From Leifsonia sp. SCN 70-46 (GTDB lineage: Bacteria; Actinomycetota; Actinomycetes; Actinomycetales; Microbacteriaceae): 64,000 nt of DNA. Both the position numbers and the translations under genes were made by a program. The stretch covers positions 621,559-685,558 of the forward strand of contig MEFY01000002.1 in NCBI GenBank assembly GCA_001725325.1. Direction: 5' to 3'. Below the pieces are notes generated by a model. It was not told where the DNA came from, did not search any database, and was given only the letters and a program-made list of their open reading frames with translations. This document shows positions 26,993 through 35,254 of the stretch, piece by piece. Position 1 is the stretch's first letter. Each line of letters begins with the position of its first letter.

Positions 26993-27336
26993 CCGACGTA
27001 CGTGTCGAGCGCGTTGTTCGAGAGCGCCGTGAAGGCGAGCGTCAGGGCGCCCACGACGATCTGCACGAGCAGGATCGTCCACGGCAGCCTGAGCGACGCC
27101 CCCGCGCGCCTCGCCACGACGAAGACGACGCCGATGACGATGAGGATGAGCCCGAGCGATCCGAAGCCGAACCCGAGCAGCTCCCGCAGGTAGGCGAGGC
27201 CGTTCGTGATGTCGACTCCCGCGGGGTTGCCCGAGAAGAGCACGCCCCTCGTGATCGCGCTGACCAGCAGGGGGAAGGGGATGAGCAGGGAGCTCGCAAC
27301 GGTCGCGAGGCCCTTCATCCGGTCTGTTCGTGACAT
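26989..27336 (-). CDS. Hypothetical integral membrane protein
   Basis: 115-aa ORF with three hydrophobic helices and strongly GC-rich third positions. Its stop shares CTAG with the nucS stop. Confidence 0.6.
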   Translation of the reverse strand: MSRTDRMKGLATVASSLLIPFPLLVSAITRGVLFSGNPAGVDITNGLAYLRELLGFGFGSLGLILIVIGVVFVVARRAGASLRLPWTILLVQIVVGALTLAFTALSNNALDTYVG

Positions 27337-27382
27337 GGCTTCACGGTAGGGCGGGGTCCAGCCCGCCGCATAGGCTTAGGCG

Positions 27383-28036
27383 GTGCCCGAGTTCAGCTGT
27401 ATCCTGTTCGACCTCGACGGGACCATCGTGGACTCCGCCCCCGGGATCACGGCGACTCTCGCCTTCACCTTCGAGAAGCTCGGGCTGCCCATCCCGTCGC
27501 CCGCCGAGCTCGTGGCGTACGTCGGGCCGCCCATCCTCGACTCGTTCCGTGACCTCGCGGGCTTCTCGCCCGAGCAGTCGCGGCACGCCCTCGACATCTA
27601 CCGCGTCGAGTACCTGCGCACGGGCGTCTTCAACGCGACCGTGTACCCGGGCGTCGCGGACGTGCTCAAGCGGATCCGCGAGCACGACGTGCCGCTGTCG
27701 CTCGCGACCTCGAAGCCCGAGACGCCCGCGACGCTCGTGCTCGAGCACTACGACCTGCTCAAGTACTTCGACGTCATCACGGGCGCGTCGGACGACGAGA
27801 AGCGCAGCGCGAAGGCCGATGTCGTCGCGGAGGCGCTGCGCCGGCTTGCTGAGCGCGACGTCGACATCTCGCGGCCCGTGCTCGTGGGCGACCGCAGCCA
27901 CGACGTGCACGGCGCGGCTGAGCACGACGTGCCCACGGTGTTCGTGCGCTGGGGCTACGGCTCCCCCGCCGAGGAGGTCGGCGCGATCGCGGTGGTCGAC
28001 GACGCCGCCGAGCTCACGCGAGTGCTGCTGGCGTAG
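27383..28036 (+). CDS. HAD-superfamily hydrolase (phosphoglycolate-phosphatase-like)
   Basis: 217 aa with ILFDLDGTIVDS (motif I), LATSK (motif II) and VGDRSHD (motif IV). Confidence 0.85.
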   Translation: MPEFSCILFDLDGTIVDSAPGITATLAFTFEKLGLPIPSPAELVAYVGPPILDSFRDLAGFSPEQSRHALDIYRVEYLRTGVFNATVYPGVADVLKRIREHDVPLSLATSKPETPATLVLEHYDLLKYFDVITGASDDEKRSAKADVVAEALRRLAERDVDISRPVLVGDRSHDVHGAAEHDVPTVFVRWGYGSPAEEVGAIAVVDDAAELTRVLLA

Positions 28037-28229
28037 GGCAGGTCATCCGGGTCGAGCTGTGGTCCTGGCTGCGCACGAACGTGTGGCCGCTCATGGGCTG
28101 GCCGCACAGCGGGCACGGCTTCTCGGCCACCGAGGGCAGGGGAGGCTCGTCGAACGGGCCCAGTTGTGCCGGACCCATGAAGGGGAAGAGCGCCCGGTTG
28201 AGGCGCTGCCACCATGTCAGTTTGCTCAC
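28014..28229 (-). CDS. Small hypothetical Cys/His-containing protein
   Basis: About 71 aa from GTG 28229 (or 54 aa from ATG 28178), containing ...KPCPLCGQPMSGHTFVRSQDHSSTRMTCP. Third positions are GC-rich throughout. It lies divergent from ohrR-like and overlaps the HAD gene 3' end by 23 nt. Confidence 0.45.
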   Translation of the reverse strand: MSKLTWWQRLNRALFPFMGPAQLGPFDEPPLPSVAEKPCPLCGQPMSGHTFVRSQDHSSTRMTCPTPAALA

Positions 28230-28251
28230 GAATAGATAGTACACTAACTAA

Positions 28252-28680
28252 ATGACCGACCCCCTCGCCCTCGACCGCCAGGTGTGCTTCGCCCTCGCCG
28301 CGGCCTCCCGCAGCGTGATCGGCGTCTACCGGCCGGTGCTCGAACCCCTGGGCCTCACCCATCCCCAGTACCTCGTCATGCTCGCGCTGTGGGAGCGCAG
28401 CCCCCGCACCGTGCGCGACATCGGCGAGGCCCTGCACCTCGAGCCCGCGACCCTCTCCCCCCTCCTCAAGCGCCTCGAGGCGGCCGGGCTGCTCACGCGC
28501 GCCCGCTCGACGGTCGACGAGCGCGCGCTCGACGTCACCCTCACCGAGGCCGGCACGGCCCTGCGCGAGCAGGCCGAGAAGGTGCCGGGCCGCATCGTCG
28601 AGCGGCTGGGGATGCCCGTGGCAGAGCTCGAGGCGATCCGCGACGGGCTCACCCGGTTGCTCGCGGCCTCTAGCGCCTGA
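28252..28680 (+). CDS. ohrR: MarR family regulator, OhrR-type (redox-sensing Cys)
   Basis: 142 aa. The N-terminal LDRQVCFALAAAS matches the OhrR sensing-Cys context, and a winged helix follows (TVRDIGEALHLEPATLSPLLKRLE). Confidence 0.8.
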   Translation: MTDPLALDRQVCFALAAASRSVIGVYRPVLEPLGLTHPQYLVMLALWERSPRTVRDIGEALHLEPATLSPLLKRLEAAGLLTRARSTVDERALDVTLTEAGTALREQAEKVPGRIVERLGMPVAELEAIRDGLTRLLAASSA

Positions 28681-28698
28681 CCCGCTCCGCCCGACAGT

Positions 28699-29589
28699 AT
28701 GGGCGCCATGGGATCAGCGTTGACCACCATCGGACTGCCCGTCGCCCTGGGCATCATCATGTTCGGCCTGGGCCTGAGCCTCACGCCGTCGGACTTCGCG
28801 CGCGTCGCGAAGCATCCGAGGGCCGTGATCATCGCCCTCGTGTGCCAGCTGCTCCTGCTGCCGGCGCTGTGCTTCGGGCTCGTGCTGCTGTTCCGGCTAC
28901 CGCCCGTGCTCGCCGTCGGCATGATGCTGCTCGCCGCCTCCCCCGGCGGCACGACGGCCAACCTCTACAGCCATCTCTTCCGCGGGGATGTCGCGCTCAA
29001 CATCTCGCTCACCGCCATCAACTCCGTGATCTCGGTGCTCACGCTCCCGTTCCTCGTGAACCTGTCGCTCGCGTACTTCTACCCGGACGCGGGACGCCTC
29101 GGCATCGACATCGTCGAGGCGCTCAAGGTGTTCGCGATAGTGCTCGTGCCCGTCGTGATCGGCATGCTCGTGCGCCGGGCGCGTGAGGGCTTCGCCGACC
29201 GCATGGACAAGCCCGTGCGCATCGCGTCGATGGTCATCCTCGCCGTCGTCATCGTGGGGGCGGTCGTCTCGAACCTGCGACTCTTCGCGGAGAACATCGG
29301 CGCGCTCGCGGGCATCACGGTGCTGTTCTGCGTTCTGTCGCTCAGCATCGGTTTCGCACTCCCCCGCCTCCTGCGGGTGTCACGCCCACAGGCCGTCGCG
29401 AGCTCGTTCGAGATCGGCATCCACAACGCGACGCTCGCCATCGTGATCGCCCAGACCATGCTGAACGACATCGAGATGTCGCTGCCGGGAGCGGTCTACG
29501 GCGTGCTCATGTTCTTCATCGCGGCGGCGTTCGGCCTCGTGCTCACACGCGTGGGTCAGCGCGCGAGCCTCTCGACCACGGAGCCGTAG
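28699..29589 (+). CDS. Bile acid:sodium symporter (BASS) family transporter
   Basis: 296 aa with multiple TM segments and LAASPGGTTANLYSHL, typical of BASS/SBF proteins. It starts 18 nt after the ohrR-like gene. Confidence 0.85.
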   Translation: MGAMGSALTTIGLPVALGIIMFGLGLSLTPSDFARVAKHPRAVIIALVCQLLLLPALCFGLVLLFRLPPVLAVGMMLLAASPGGTTANLYSHLFRGDVALNISLTAINSVISVLTLPFLVNLSLAYFYPDAGRLGIDIVEALKVFAIVLVPVVIGMLVRRAREGFADRMDKPVRIASMVILAVVIVGAVVSNLRLFAENIGALAGITVLFCVLSLSIGFALPRLLRVSRPQAVASSFEIGIHNATLAIVIAQTMLNDIEMSLPGAVYGVLMFFIAAAFGLVLTRVGQRASLSTTEP

Positions 29590-30566
29590 AGCCCCGGCAG
29601 CATCCGGGCGAGCGGCACGATCGCGGGCCGCGCCGGCGATGTCGCCGCGAGCACGAGCCGGCTCGTGAGCACGCGGAAGTCGCGCGTGACGCGGCGCCAC
29701 TGCGCGTCGTAGTCGCCCGAGCCGAGCACGTGGTCGACGGCGAGGCGCGCCTGGTCGAACCCGAGCCGCAGCCCCTCCCCCGTTATCGCGTCCACATAGC
29801 CGGAGGCATCCCCCACGAGCAGCACTCGCCCCCGCGAGGGAGCGGCGGCCCGCTGCCGGAACGGCCCCGCGCCCTTGAGGGCCGTCGACGACGCCCCGAG
29901 ATGCGCGAGCACGGGGATCCCGGCCACCGTCTCGTCGAACGACGTGCGCGGCGCCCCCAGCATGGACACGCCCACGAGGTCGGGTGCGAGCGGCGTCACG
30001 TAGATCTCGGCGCGCGGCGTCCAGTGGATCTCGATGAGGTCGCTCCACGGCTCCACCGCGAAGTGCCTCGTGATGCCGAACCGGCGACGGGAGCTTGGCG
30101 CTCCCCCCTCCAGCCCAGCGAGACGTCGCACCGTCGAGTGCAGGCCGTCGGCACCGAGCAGCCAGGACGCGCGGATGCCCGCGGCGACGACCCCGTCGGC
30201 GTCCTGCCCGAGGCTCTCCACGCGGGCGACGACCCGCTCGACGCCCAGCTCCTCGGCGCGCGCCGACAGGGCGGAGTGCAGCACGGTCCGCCGCACCCCG
30301 CGCCCCATCCCCGTGCGGAACACGTGGTCCGCCCGGCGGCCCCGCGCGTTGTAGCTCACGCCGCGCAGCGGCATCCCGTCCGGATCGATCCCGAGGCGTG
30401 CGAGCAGGGGGACCGCGCCGGGCATGAGCCCCTCCCCGCAGGCCTTGTCGATCACGCCCTCACGAGGTTCGACGACCGCCACCGTGAGCCCCGCGAGCCG
30501 CGCCTCGATCGCGCACGCGAGCCCGACGGGGCCGCCGCCCGCGACGAGCACGTCGACGTCGTTCAC
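29556..30566 (-). CDS. FAD-dependent oxidoreductase/monooxygenase (SrsC-like position)
   Basis: 336 aa starting from a GTG that overlaps the upstream stop (GTGA). The motifs are DVLVAGGGPVGLACA (GxGxxG), GADGLHS and VGDASGYVDAITGEG. Confidence 0.85.
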   Translation of the reverse strand: MNDVDVLVAGGGPVGLACAIEARLAGLTVAVVEPREGVIDKACGEGLMPGAVPLLARLGIDPDGMPLRGVSYNARGRRADHVFRTGMGRGVRRTVLHSALSARAEELGVERVVARVESLGQDADGVVAAGIRASWLLGADGLHSTVRRLAGLEGGAPSSRRRFGITRHFAVEPWSDLIEIHWTPRAEIYVTPLAPDLVGVSMLGAPRTSFDETVAGIPVLAHLGASSTALKGAGPFRQRAAAPSRGRVLLVGDASGYVDAITGEGLRLGFDQARLAVDHVLGSGDYDAQWRRVTRDFRVLTSRLVLAATSPARPAIVPLARMLPGLYGSVVERLAR

Positions 30567-31084
30567 CCGAGCTCCTTGAGCGCCCTGTTCTCGGTGGGGA
30601 TGCGGAAGCCCAGCAGCAGCACGGCGTTCAGCACGGTGAAGGCGATCGCCGTGATCCACGCGGTGTGCACGAGCGGGATCGCGATGCCCTCGACGGCCAC
30701 GATGACGTAGTTGGGGTGCGGCATGAGCCGGTACAGCCCGCGGTCGACGACGCGGCCGGCGCCGGGGACGACGATGACGCGCGTGTTCCACTGCTCCCCG
30801 AGGGAGCGGATCACCCACGCCCTGCCCGCCTGGCACAGGAGTGCGAGCGCGAGCATGGGCCAGCCGAGCAGCGGCAAGAACGGGCGCTGCAGCACGACGA
30901 CCTCGGCGATGCACGCGAGGAGGAGGCCGGTGTGCAGCGCGACCATCCACGGAAAGTGCTTCCGGCCGTACTCGCGGCCGCCGCGCGCCATGGCCGCTGC
31001 CGCGTTGCGCGTCGAGACGACGAGCTCGACGATGCGCTCCCCGCCCGTGAGCAGGATGAAGGCGGTGTAGAGGACGACGCTCAC
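30563..31084 (-). CDS. Membrane methyltransferase, isoprenylcysteine carboxyl methyltransferase (ICMT)-like (SrsB/BpsB-like)
   Basis: 173 aa starting from a GTG that overlaps the PKS stop (GTGA). It has four or five TM helices and the motif GLYRLMPHPNYV. Confidence 0.85.
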   Translation of the reverse strand: MSVVLYTAFILLTGGERIVELVVSTRNAAAAMARGGREYGRKHFPWMVALHTGLLLACIAEVVVLQRPFLPLLGWPMLALALLCQAGRAWVIRSLGEQWNTRVIVVPGAGRVVDRGLYRLMPHPNYVIVAVEGIAIPLVHTAWITAIAFTVLNAVLLLGFRIPTENRALKELG

Positions 31085-32127
31085 TGCCACTCCAGCAGCA
31101 CGAACTCCGCGCTCACACCCGGGCCGAGGGCGAACAGGAGCCCGCGGGATCCGGCGGGCGGGGCCGCCGTGTCGGCGAGCACGTGCAGCACGGCGGCGGA
31201 GGAGAGGTTGCCGACCCTGTCCAGCGTCCGCCACGACGTGCGGAAGGCCTCGTCGGGAACGCCGAGCGCGTGGCCGAAGGCCTCCAGCACGCGCGGGCCG
31301 CCGGGATGGGCCACCCAGGTCGTGACATCCTCGAGGCCCATGCCGTTGTCGGCGAGGAAGGCCGCCACCTCCGCGGGGAAGTGCCGCTCGATGACGTCGG
31401 CGACGCCCGAGGTCAGCACGATCTCGAAGCCCGTGCCGCCCACGTGCCAGCCGATGACGTCTGTCGTGTCCGGGTAGAACGAGCTGCGGGTGTCGACGAT
31501 GCGGATGCCCGGCTCCGGCCGATCGTCGCCCACGAGCACGACCGCGGCCGCACCGTCGCCGAAGAGCCCCGTCGCGACGAAGTTGGCGATGGTCTCGTCG
31601 TCGCGCTGCAGGGTGAGGGAGCACAGCTCGACGCTCAGGAGCACCCCCACCTCGCGGGGATGCCCGGCCAGGTAGTCGTCGACGCGCGCGAGCCCGGCGG
31701 CTCCCGCGACGCAGCCGAGGCCGAACGACGGCATGCGCTTCACGTCGGGCCGCAGCCCGAGCCGGGACACGAGCAGCGCGTCGACCGACGGCGCCGCGAT
31801 GCCCGTCACCGACGTGAACATGATGAAGTCGACGTCCGGCGGCTCGAGGACCGCCTCGGCGAGCGCCGTGCGCAGGGCCCGCTCGCACAGGTCGGTCGCG
31901 ACCTCGATGAAGATGTCGTTCGACTCCCGGAAGGTGCCGAGGTCGCGGTAGCGCTCGATGGGCAGCGCGGTGTGCCGGGTGGCGATGCCGCTGGAGGCGT
32001 GCATCCTCTCCAGCACAGCGCGCCGGTCGGGCACGTGGGAGATCAGCGGGGCGATCTCACGCGTGATCTCCGACTGCGTGTAGACGTGCGGGGGAAGGAC
32101 GGGGGCAACCGCCGCTATGCGGGACAT
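31081..32127 (-). CDS. Type III polyketide synthase (chalcone-synthase-like; SrsA/alkylresorcinol-synthase-like)
   Basis: 348 aa starting MSRIAAVAPVLPPHVYTQ. The catalytic triad contexts are SFGLGCVAGAAG (Cys), WVAHPGGPRVL (His) and RVGNLSSAAV (Asn). Confidence 0.9.
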   Translation of the reverse strand: MSRIAAVAPVLPPHVYTQSEITREIAPLISHVPDRRAVLERMHASSGIATRHTALPIERYRDLGTFRESNDIFIEVATDLCERALRTALAEAVLEPPDVDFIMFTSVTGIAAPSVDALLVSRLGLRPDVKRMPSFGLGCVAGAAGLARVDDYLAGHPREVGVLLSVELCSLTLQRDDETIANFVATGLFGDGAAAVVLVGDDRPEPGIRIVDTRSSFYPDTTDVIGWHVGGTGFEIVLTSGVADVIERHFPAEVAAFLADNGMGLEDVTTWVAHPGGPRVLEAFGHALGVPDEAFRTSWRTLDRVGNLSSAAVLHVLADTAAPPAGSRGLLFALGPGVSAEFVLLEWQ

Positions 32128-32171
32128 TTGCTGACGGTAGCACCGCGCGGGCCGTTCTCCTGAGCGCTTGA

Positions 32172-32573
32172 CTAGCGGCCCGAGCCCCCCAGGTTGCCGC
32201 CGGCGGGGATGGGCGTGACCTTGATCGTGAACTCGAGCGGCTGGATGCCGCCATCCTCGTTCGTCATGGTCACCTCGGTCTCGCCGACCTTCTTGGGCGT
32301 GAAACCCGGGTTGAACTCGGCGGAGCCGTCGCTGCGGCCCTGCACGAAGGTCGCGACGCTCTCGTCCGCGACCTTCGCGGTGTAGCTGTCGACGGCCAGG
32401 TCGCCCGTGTTGATGACGAGCGTGCTGTTGAGCGGCACCTCGACGGTCTGACCCTGGAGATCGTTCGCCGTCACGGTGATGGGCGCGACGACGGGCCCGG
32501 ATGCACTGCACCCGGCGAGCGCGATGAGCACGGACGCGGCGGCGGCCGCCGACAGGAGCCGAGAGAGTTTCAT
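32172..32573 (-). CDS. Lipoprotein with a single Ig-like (Big_2-like) domain
   Basis: 133 aa. The signal peptide plus lipobox is MKLSRLLSAAAAASVLIALAGC, followed by a beta-rich domain (VGETEVTMTNEDGGIQPLEFTIKVTP). Confidence 0.75.
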   Translation of the reverse strand: MKLSRLLSAAAAASVLIALAGCSASGPVVAPITVTANDLQGQTVEVPLNSTLVINTGDLAVDSYTAKVADESVATFVQGRSDGSAEFNPGFTPKKVGETEVTMTNEDGGIQPLEFTIKVTPIPAGGNLGGSGR

Positions 32574-32649
32574 GCGGCAAGTATGGCGCGCGGAGGATCG
32601 CACGTCGATGCTGACACCGCGAGACACAATGACGACGGCTTGAACGAAA

Positions 32650-32675
32650 GAAGGACGCCCTCTCGGACGTCCTTC
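32650..32675 (-). terminator. Rho-independent terminator downstream of tRNA-Leu
   Basis: 8-bp stem GAAGGACG / CGTCCTTC with a 10-nt loop, followed on the minus strand by TTTCGTT. Confidence 0.6.
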
Positions 32676-32684
32676 GTATCGCGG

Positions 32685-32768
32685 TGCGCGAGGGGGGACT
32701 TGAACCCCCATGCCCTCACGGGCACACGGACCTGAACCGTGCGCGTCTGCCAATTTCGCCACTCGCGC
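32685..32768 (-). tRNA. tRNA-Leu (anticodon CAG)
   Basis: The reverse complement folds as a cloverleaf. The acceptor stem is GCGCGAG/CTCGCGC, the anticodon stem CACGG/CCGTG has the loop TTCAGGT, there is a long variable arm, and the T-arm is GGGGG-TTCAAGT-CCCCC. No CCA is encoded. Confidence 0.9.
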
Positions 32769-32826
32769 TCACCATCGGCAGCGGGCCGCCGACTGAGCGA
32801 GATTACCACAGGTAGTGTTGCCCACC

Positions 32827-34005
32827 ATGGCCCGCTCCCGGGGAGTAGCGCTCAACGCGACCCTCATCGTCATCGCCCAGAGCACGCAGGCGATCGCGAT
32901 CGGGGCGATCGCCCTCTTCCTGCCGCTCATCCGCTCCGACCTGGGGCTCACGTTCACGCAGGCCGGGCTGCTCGCCGCGGTAGCGACGCTCTCCTACGCG
33001 CTCATGCAGGTGCCGGCCGGCGTGCTCGCCGACCGCGTGAGCCCGAAGACCCTCTTCGTCGTCGGCGTCGCCGGGGCGAACGCCCTCGCCATCCTGTTCG
33101 CCCTCGCGAACGACTTCGTGCTCATGCTCGTGATCCAGGCGGTCGCGGGCATCTTCCGTGCAGCGATGTTCATCCCGGGCATGCTGCTCATGACGCGCCA
33201 CTTCTCCGAGAAGCGCCGCGCGACCGCGATGGGCCTCTTCGTGGCCGGCGGGTTCACGTCCAACATCGTCATCAACCTCATCGGCCCGCTCCTCGTGGGG
33301 CCCCTCGGGTGGCAGGGCGTCATCGTCGCCTCGTCGGTCGTCGGCCTGCTGTTCGGCGCGGTCCTGTGGTTCGTCGGTGACGACGCACCACACCACGAGG
33401 CCGACGCGCCCGCCCCGACACGGTGGGTCTGGCGCACCCCGGCGTGGTGGCTGCTCGGGGTCATCCAGTTCGCGCGGCTGACCGCCGTGAGCGGGTTCGG
33501 CCTGTGGCTGCCGGCGTTCCTCATCGACGAGCGGGGCATCCCGCTCGCGAGCGCGGGCCTGATCGTCGCCGTGTCCGCGGCCATCACCGCGCCGTCGAAC
33601 ATCGGCGGGGGCATCCTGTCCGACCGCCTGGGTCGGCCGCTGCTCGTCATCGCCGTGTCGCTCATCGCCCTCACGGCACTGTTCTCGCTCGCGGGGCAGA
33701 TCGCGAGCATCCCCGTGCTGCTCGTCGTGATGGGCCTCATCGCGGTGTTCATCCAGCTCTACTTCGGCCCGCTGTTCGCGATTCCGCGCCAGCTCTTCGG
33801 GCCGGGCCTCGCGGGGCTCAGCTCGGGCTTCGGCAACTTCGTCGCCAACCTCGGCGGCTTCTCCTCCGCGTTCGTGCTGGGAGTGCTCAAGGATGCGACG
33901 GGCGACTTCACCGCGGGCTTCTACTACCTCGCTGCCGTCGCGCTCGTGGGCGCCGTCGCGGCCCTCGTGCTGTGGCGGCAGCCTCTTCCAAGGCCCAGCG
34001 GCTAA
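32827..34005 (+). CDS. MFS transporter
   Basis: About 392 aa from ATG 32827 (GTG 32815 is an alternative start), with about 12 TM segments and the motif VLADRVSPKTL. Confidence 0.85.
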   Translation: MARSRGVALNATLIVIAQSTQAIAIGAIALFLPLIRSDLGLTFTQAGLLAAVATLSYALMQVPAGVLADRVSPKTLFVVGVAGANALAILFALANDFVLMLVIQAVAGIFRAAMFIPGMLLMTRHFSEKRRATAMGLFVAGGFTSNIVINLIGPLLVGPLGWQGVIVASSVVGLLFGAVLWFVGDDAPHHEADAPAPTRWVWRTPAWWLLGVIQFARLTAVSGFGLWLPAFLIDERGIPLASAGLIVAVSAAITAPSNIGGGILSDRLGRPLLVIAVSLIALTALFSLAGQIASIPVLLVVMGLIAVFIQLYFGPLFAIPRQLFGPGLAGLSSGFGNFVANLGGFSSAFVLGVLKDATGDFTAGFYYLAAVALVGAVAALVLWRQPLPRPSG

Positions 34006-34042
34006 CATTCGTCATACCGACACGAGCAATCTTGGGAGAGCT

Positions 34043-34735
34043 GTGGGCCTGCTGGACAACTTCGAGAAGGGTCTCGAGCGTGCCGTCAACGGCGCCTTCG
34101 CGAAGACCTTCAAGAGCGGTCTCCAGCCCGTCGAGATCACCGCGGCGCTGCGCCGGGAGCTCGACACGAAGGCCGCCGTGGTCGCGCGCGACCGCATCCT
34201 CGTGCCGAACAAGTTCACCGTGCGGCTCTCGCGCGACGACTTCGACAGGATGACCGGCCTCGGCGCTACCCTCATCGACGAGCTCACCGAGCTCGTGCAG
34301 CGGCACGCGGCGGCGCAGCACTACTCGTTCGCGGGCGGGATCTCCATCTCGCTCTCGGAGGACCCGAGCCTCAGCCAGGGCATGATCGAGATCCGCTCCG
34401 ACAACGTCAAGGGCGCCGTCGCCTGGACGCCCGTGCTCGAGATCAACGGCAAGCGCCACCCGATCCTGCACTCGCGCACCGTGATCGGCCGCGGCAGCGA
34501 CGCCGACATCACGGTCGACGACACGGGCATCTCCCGCCGCCACGTCGAGATCCTGTGGGACGGCACGCGCGCCCAGGTCAACGACCTCGGCTCGACGAAC
34601 GGCTCCCTGCTCAACGGCAACCCGGTGGCGAAGGCGCCCCTCCCGCCCGATTCCGTCATCGACATCGGAAGAACCCGTATCGTGTTCCGGGTGCTCGCCC
34701 AGTCCGCCGATGTCGACCAGTACGCTGGCAGCTGA
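34043..34735 (+). CDS. fhaA: FHA-domain protein FhaA (DUF3662 N-terminal domain)
   Basis: 230 aa starting from a GTG preceded by GGGAGAG. It begins (V)GLLDNFEKGLERAVNGAF and has a C-terminal FHA domain (GRGSDADITVDDTGISRRH...NGSLLNG). Confidence 0.9.
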   Translation: MGLLDNFEKGLERAVNGAFAKTFKSGLQPVEITAALRRELDTKAAVVARDRILVPNKFTVRLSRDDFDRMTGLGATLIDELTELVQRHAAAQHYSFAGGISISLSEDPSLSQGMIEIRSDNVKGAVAWTPVLEINGKRHPILHSRTVIGRGSDADITVDDTGISRRHVEILWDGTRAQVNDLGSTNGSLLNGNPVAKAPLPPDSVIDIGRTRIVFRVLAQSADVDQYAGS

Positions 34736-35250
34736 TGGGTGAGCTCACGCTGGTCGTCCTCCGGATCGCCTTCCTCGCCGTCCTGTGGGCCTTCGTGTTC
34801 GCCATCGTCTACGCGCTGCGCTCCGACCTCTTCGGCCAGAAGGTGCGCAGGATGCCCGTGCCGTCCGCCGCCGCCGCGCCCCAGGTCACGGCTCCCGCAG
34901 CCCCCGTGGCCCCCGCCCCGAAGGCCGCGGTCTCGCGCCCCCAGCCCGGATCCTCCCGCGACGCGCGCCGCCTCGTCATCACGTCGGGCGCGAAGGAGGG
35001 GCTCGAGATCGACCTCCCCGAGGAGCTGCTGACCATCGGCCGCTCCAACGAGTCGGGCCTCGTCATCCGTGACGACTACACCTCCACGCACCACGCTCGG
35101 CTGCTGCTGTGGGCCGACGGCTGGGTTATCCAGGACCTAGACTCGACCAACGGCACCTTCCTGGACGGCACTCGCGTCATCGTCCCCACCCAGGTGCCGC
35201 TCAACACGCCGGTCAAGATCGGTACGACAAGTTTCGAACTCCGGCGGTAG
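34735..35250 (+). CDS. fhaB: FHA-domain membrane protein FhaB/FipA
   Basis: 171 aa with an N-terminal TM helix, a Pro/Ala linker and a C-terminal FHA domain (IGRSNESGLVIRDDYTSTHHARL...STNGTFLDG). The ATG overlaps the fhaA stop. Confidence 0.9.
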   Translation: MGELTLVVLRIAFLAVLWAFVFAIVYALRSDLFGQKVRRMPVPSAAAAPQVTAPAAPVAPAPKAAVSRPQPGSSRDARRLVITSGAKEGLEIDLPEELLTIGRSNESGLVIRDDYTSTHHARLLLWADGWVIQDLDSTNGTFLDGTRVIVPTQVPLNTPVKIGTTSFELRR

Positions 35251-35254
35251 GTGA

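Noticed and set aside
32685-32768. Genomic island integrated at tRNA-Leu (the srs-like cluster lies on its 3' side)
   Set aside because: I could find no integrase, no direct repeat of the tRNA 3' end and no obvious compositional break. It is kept only as a caveat inside the srs finding.
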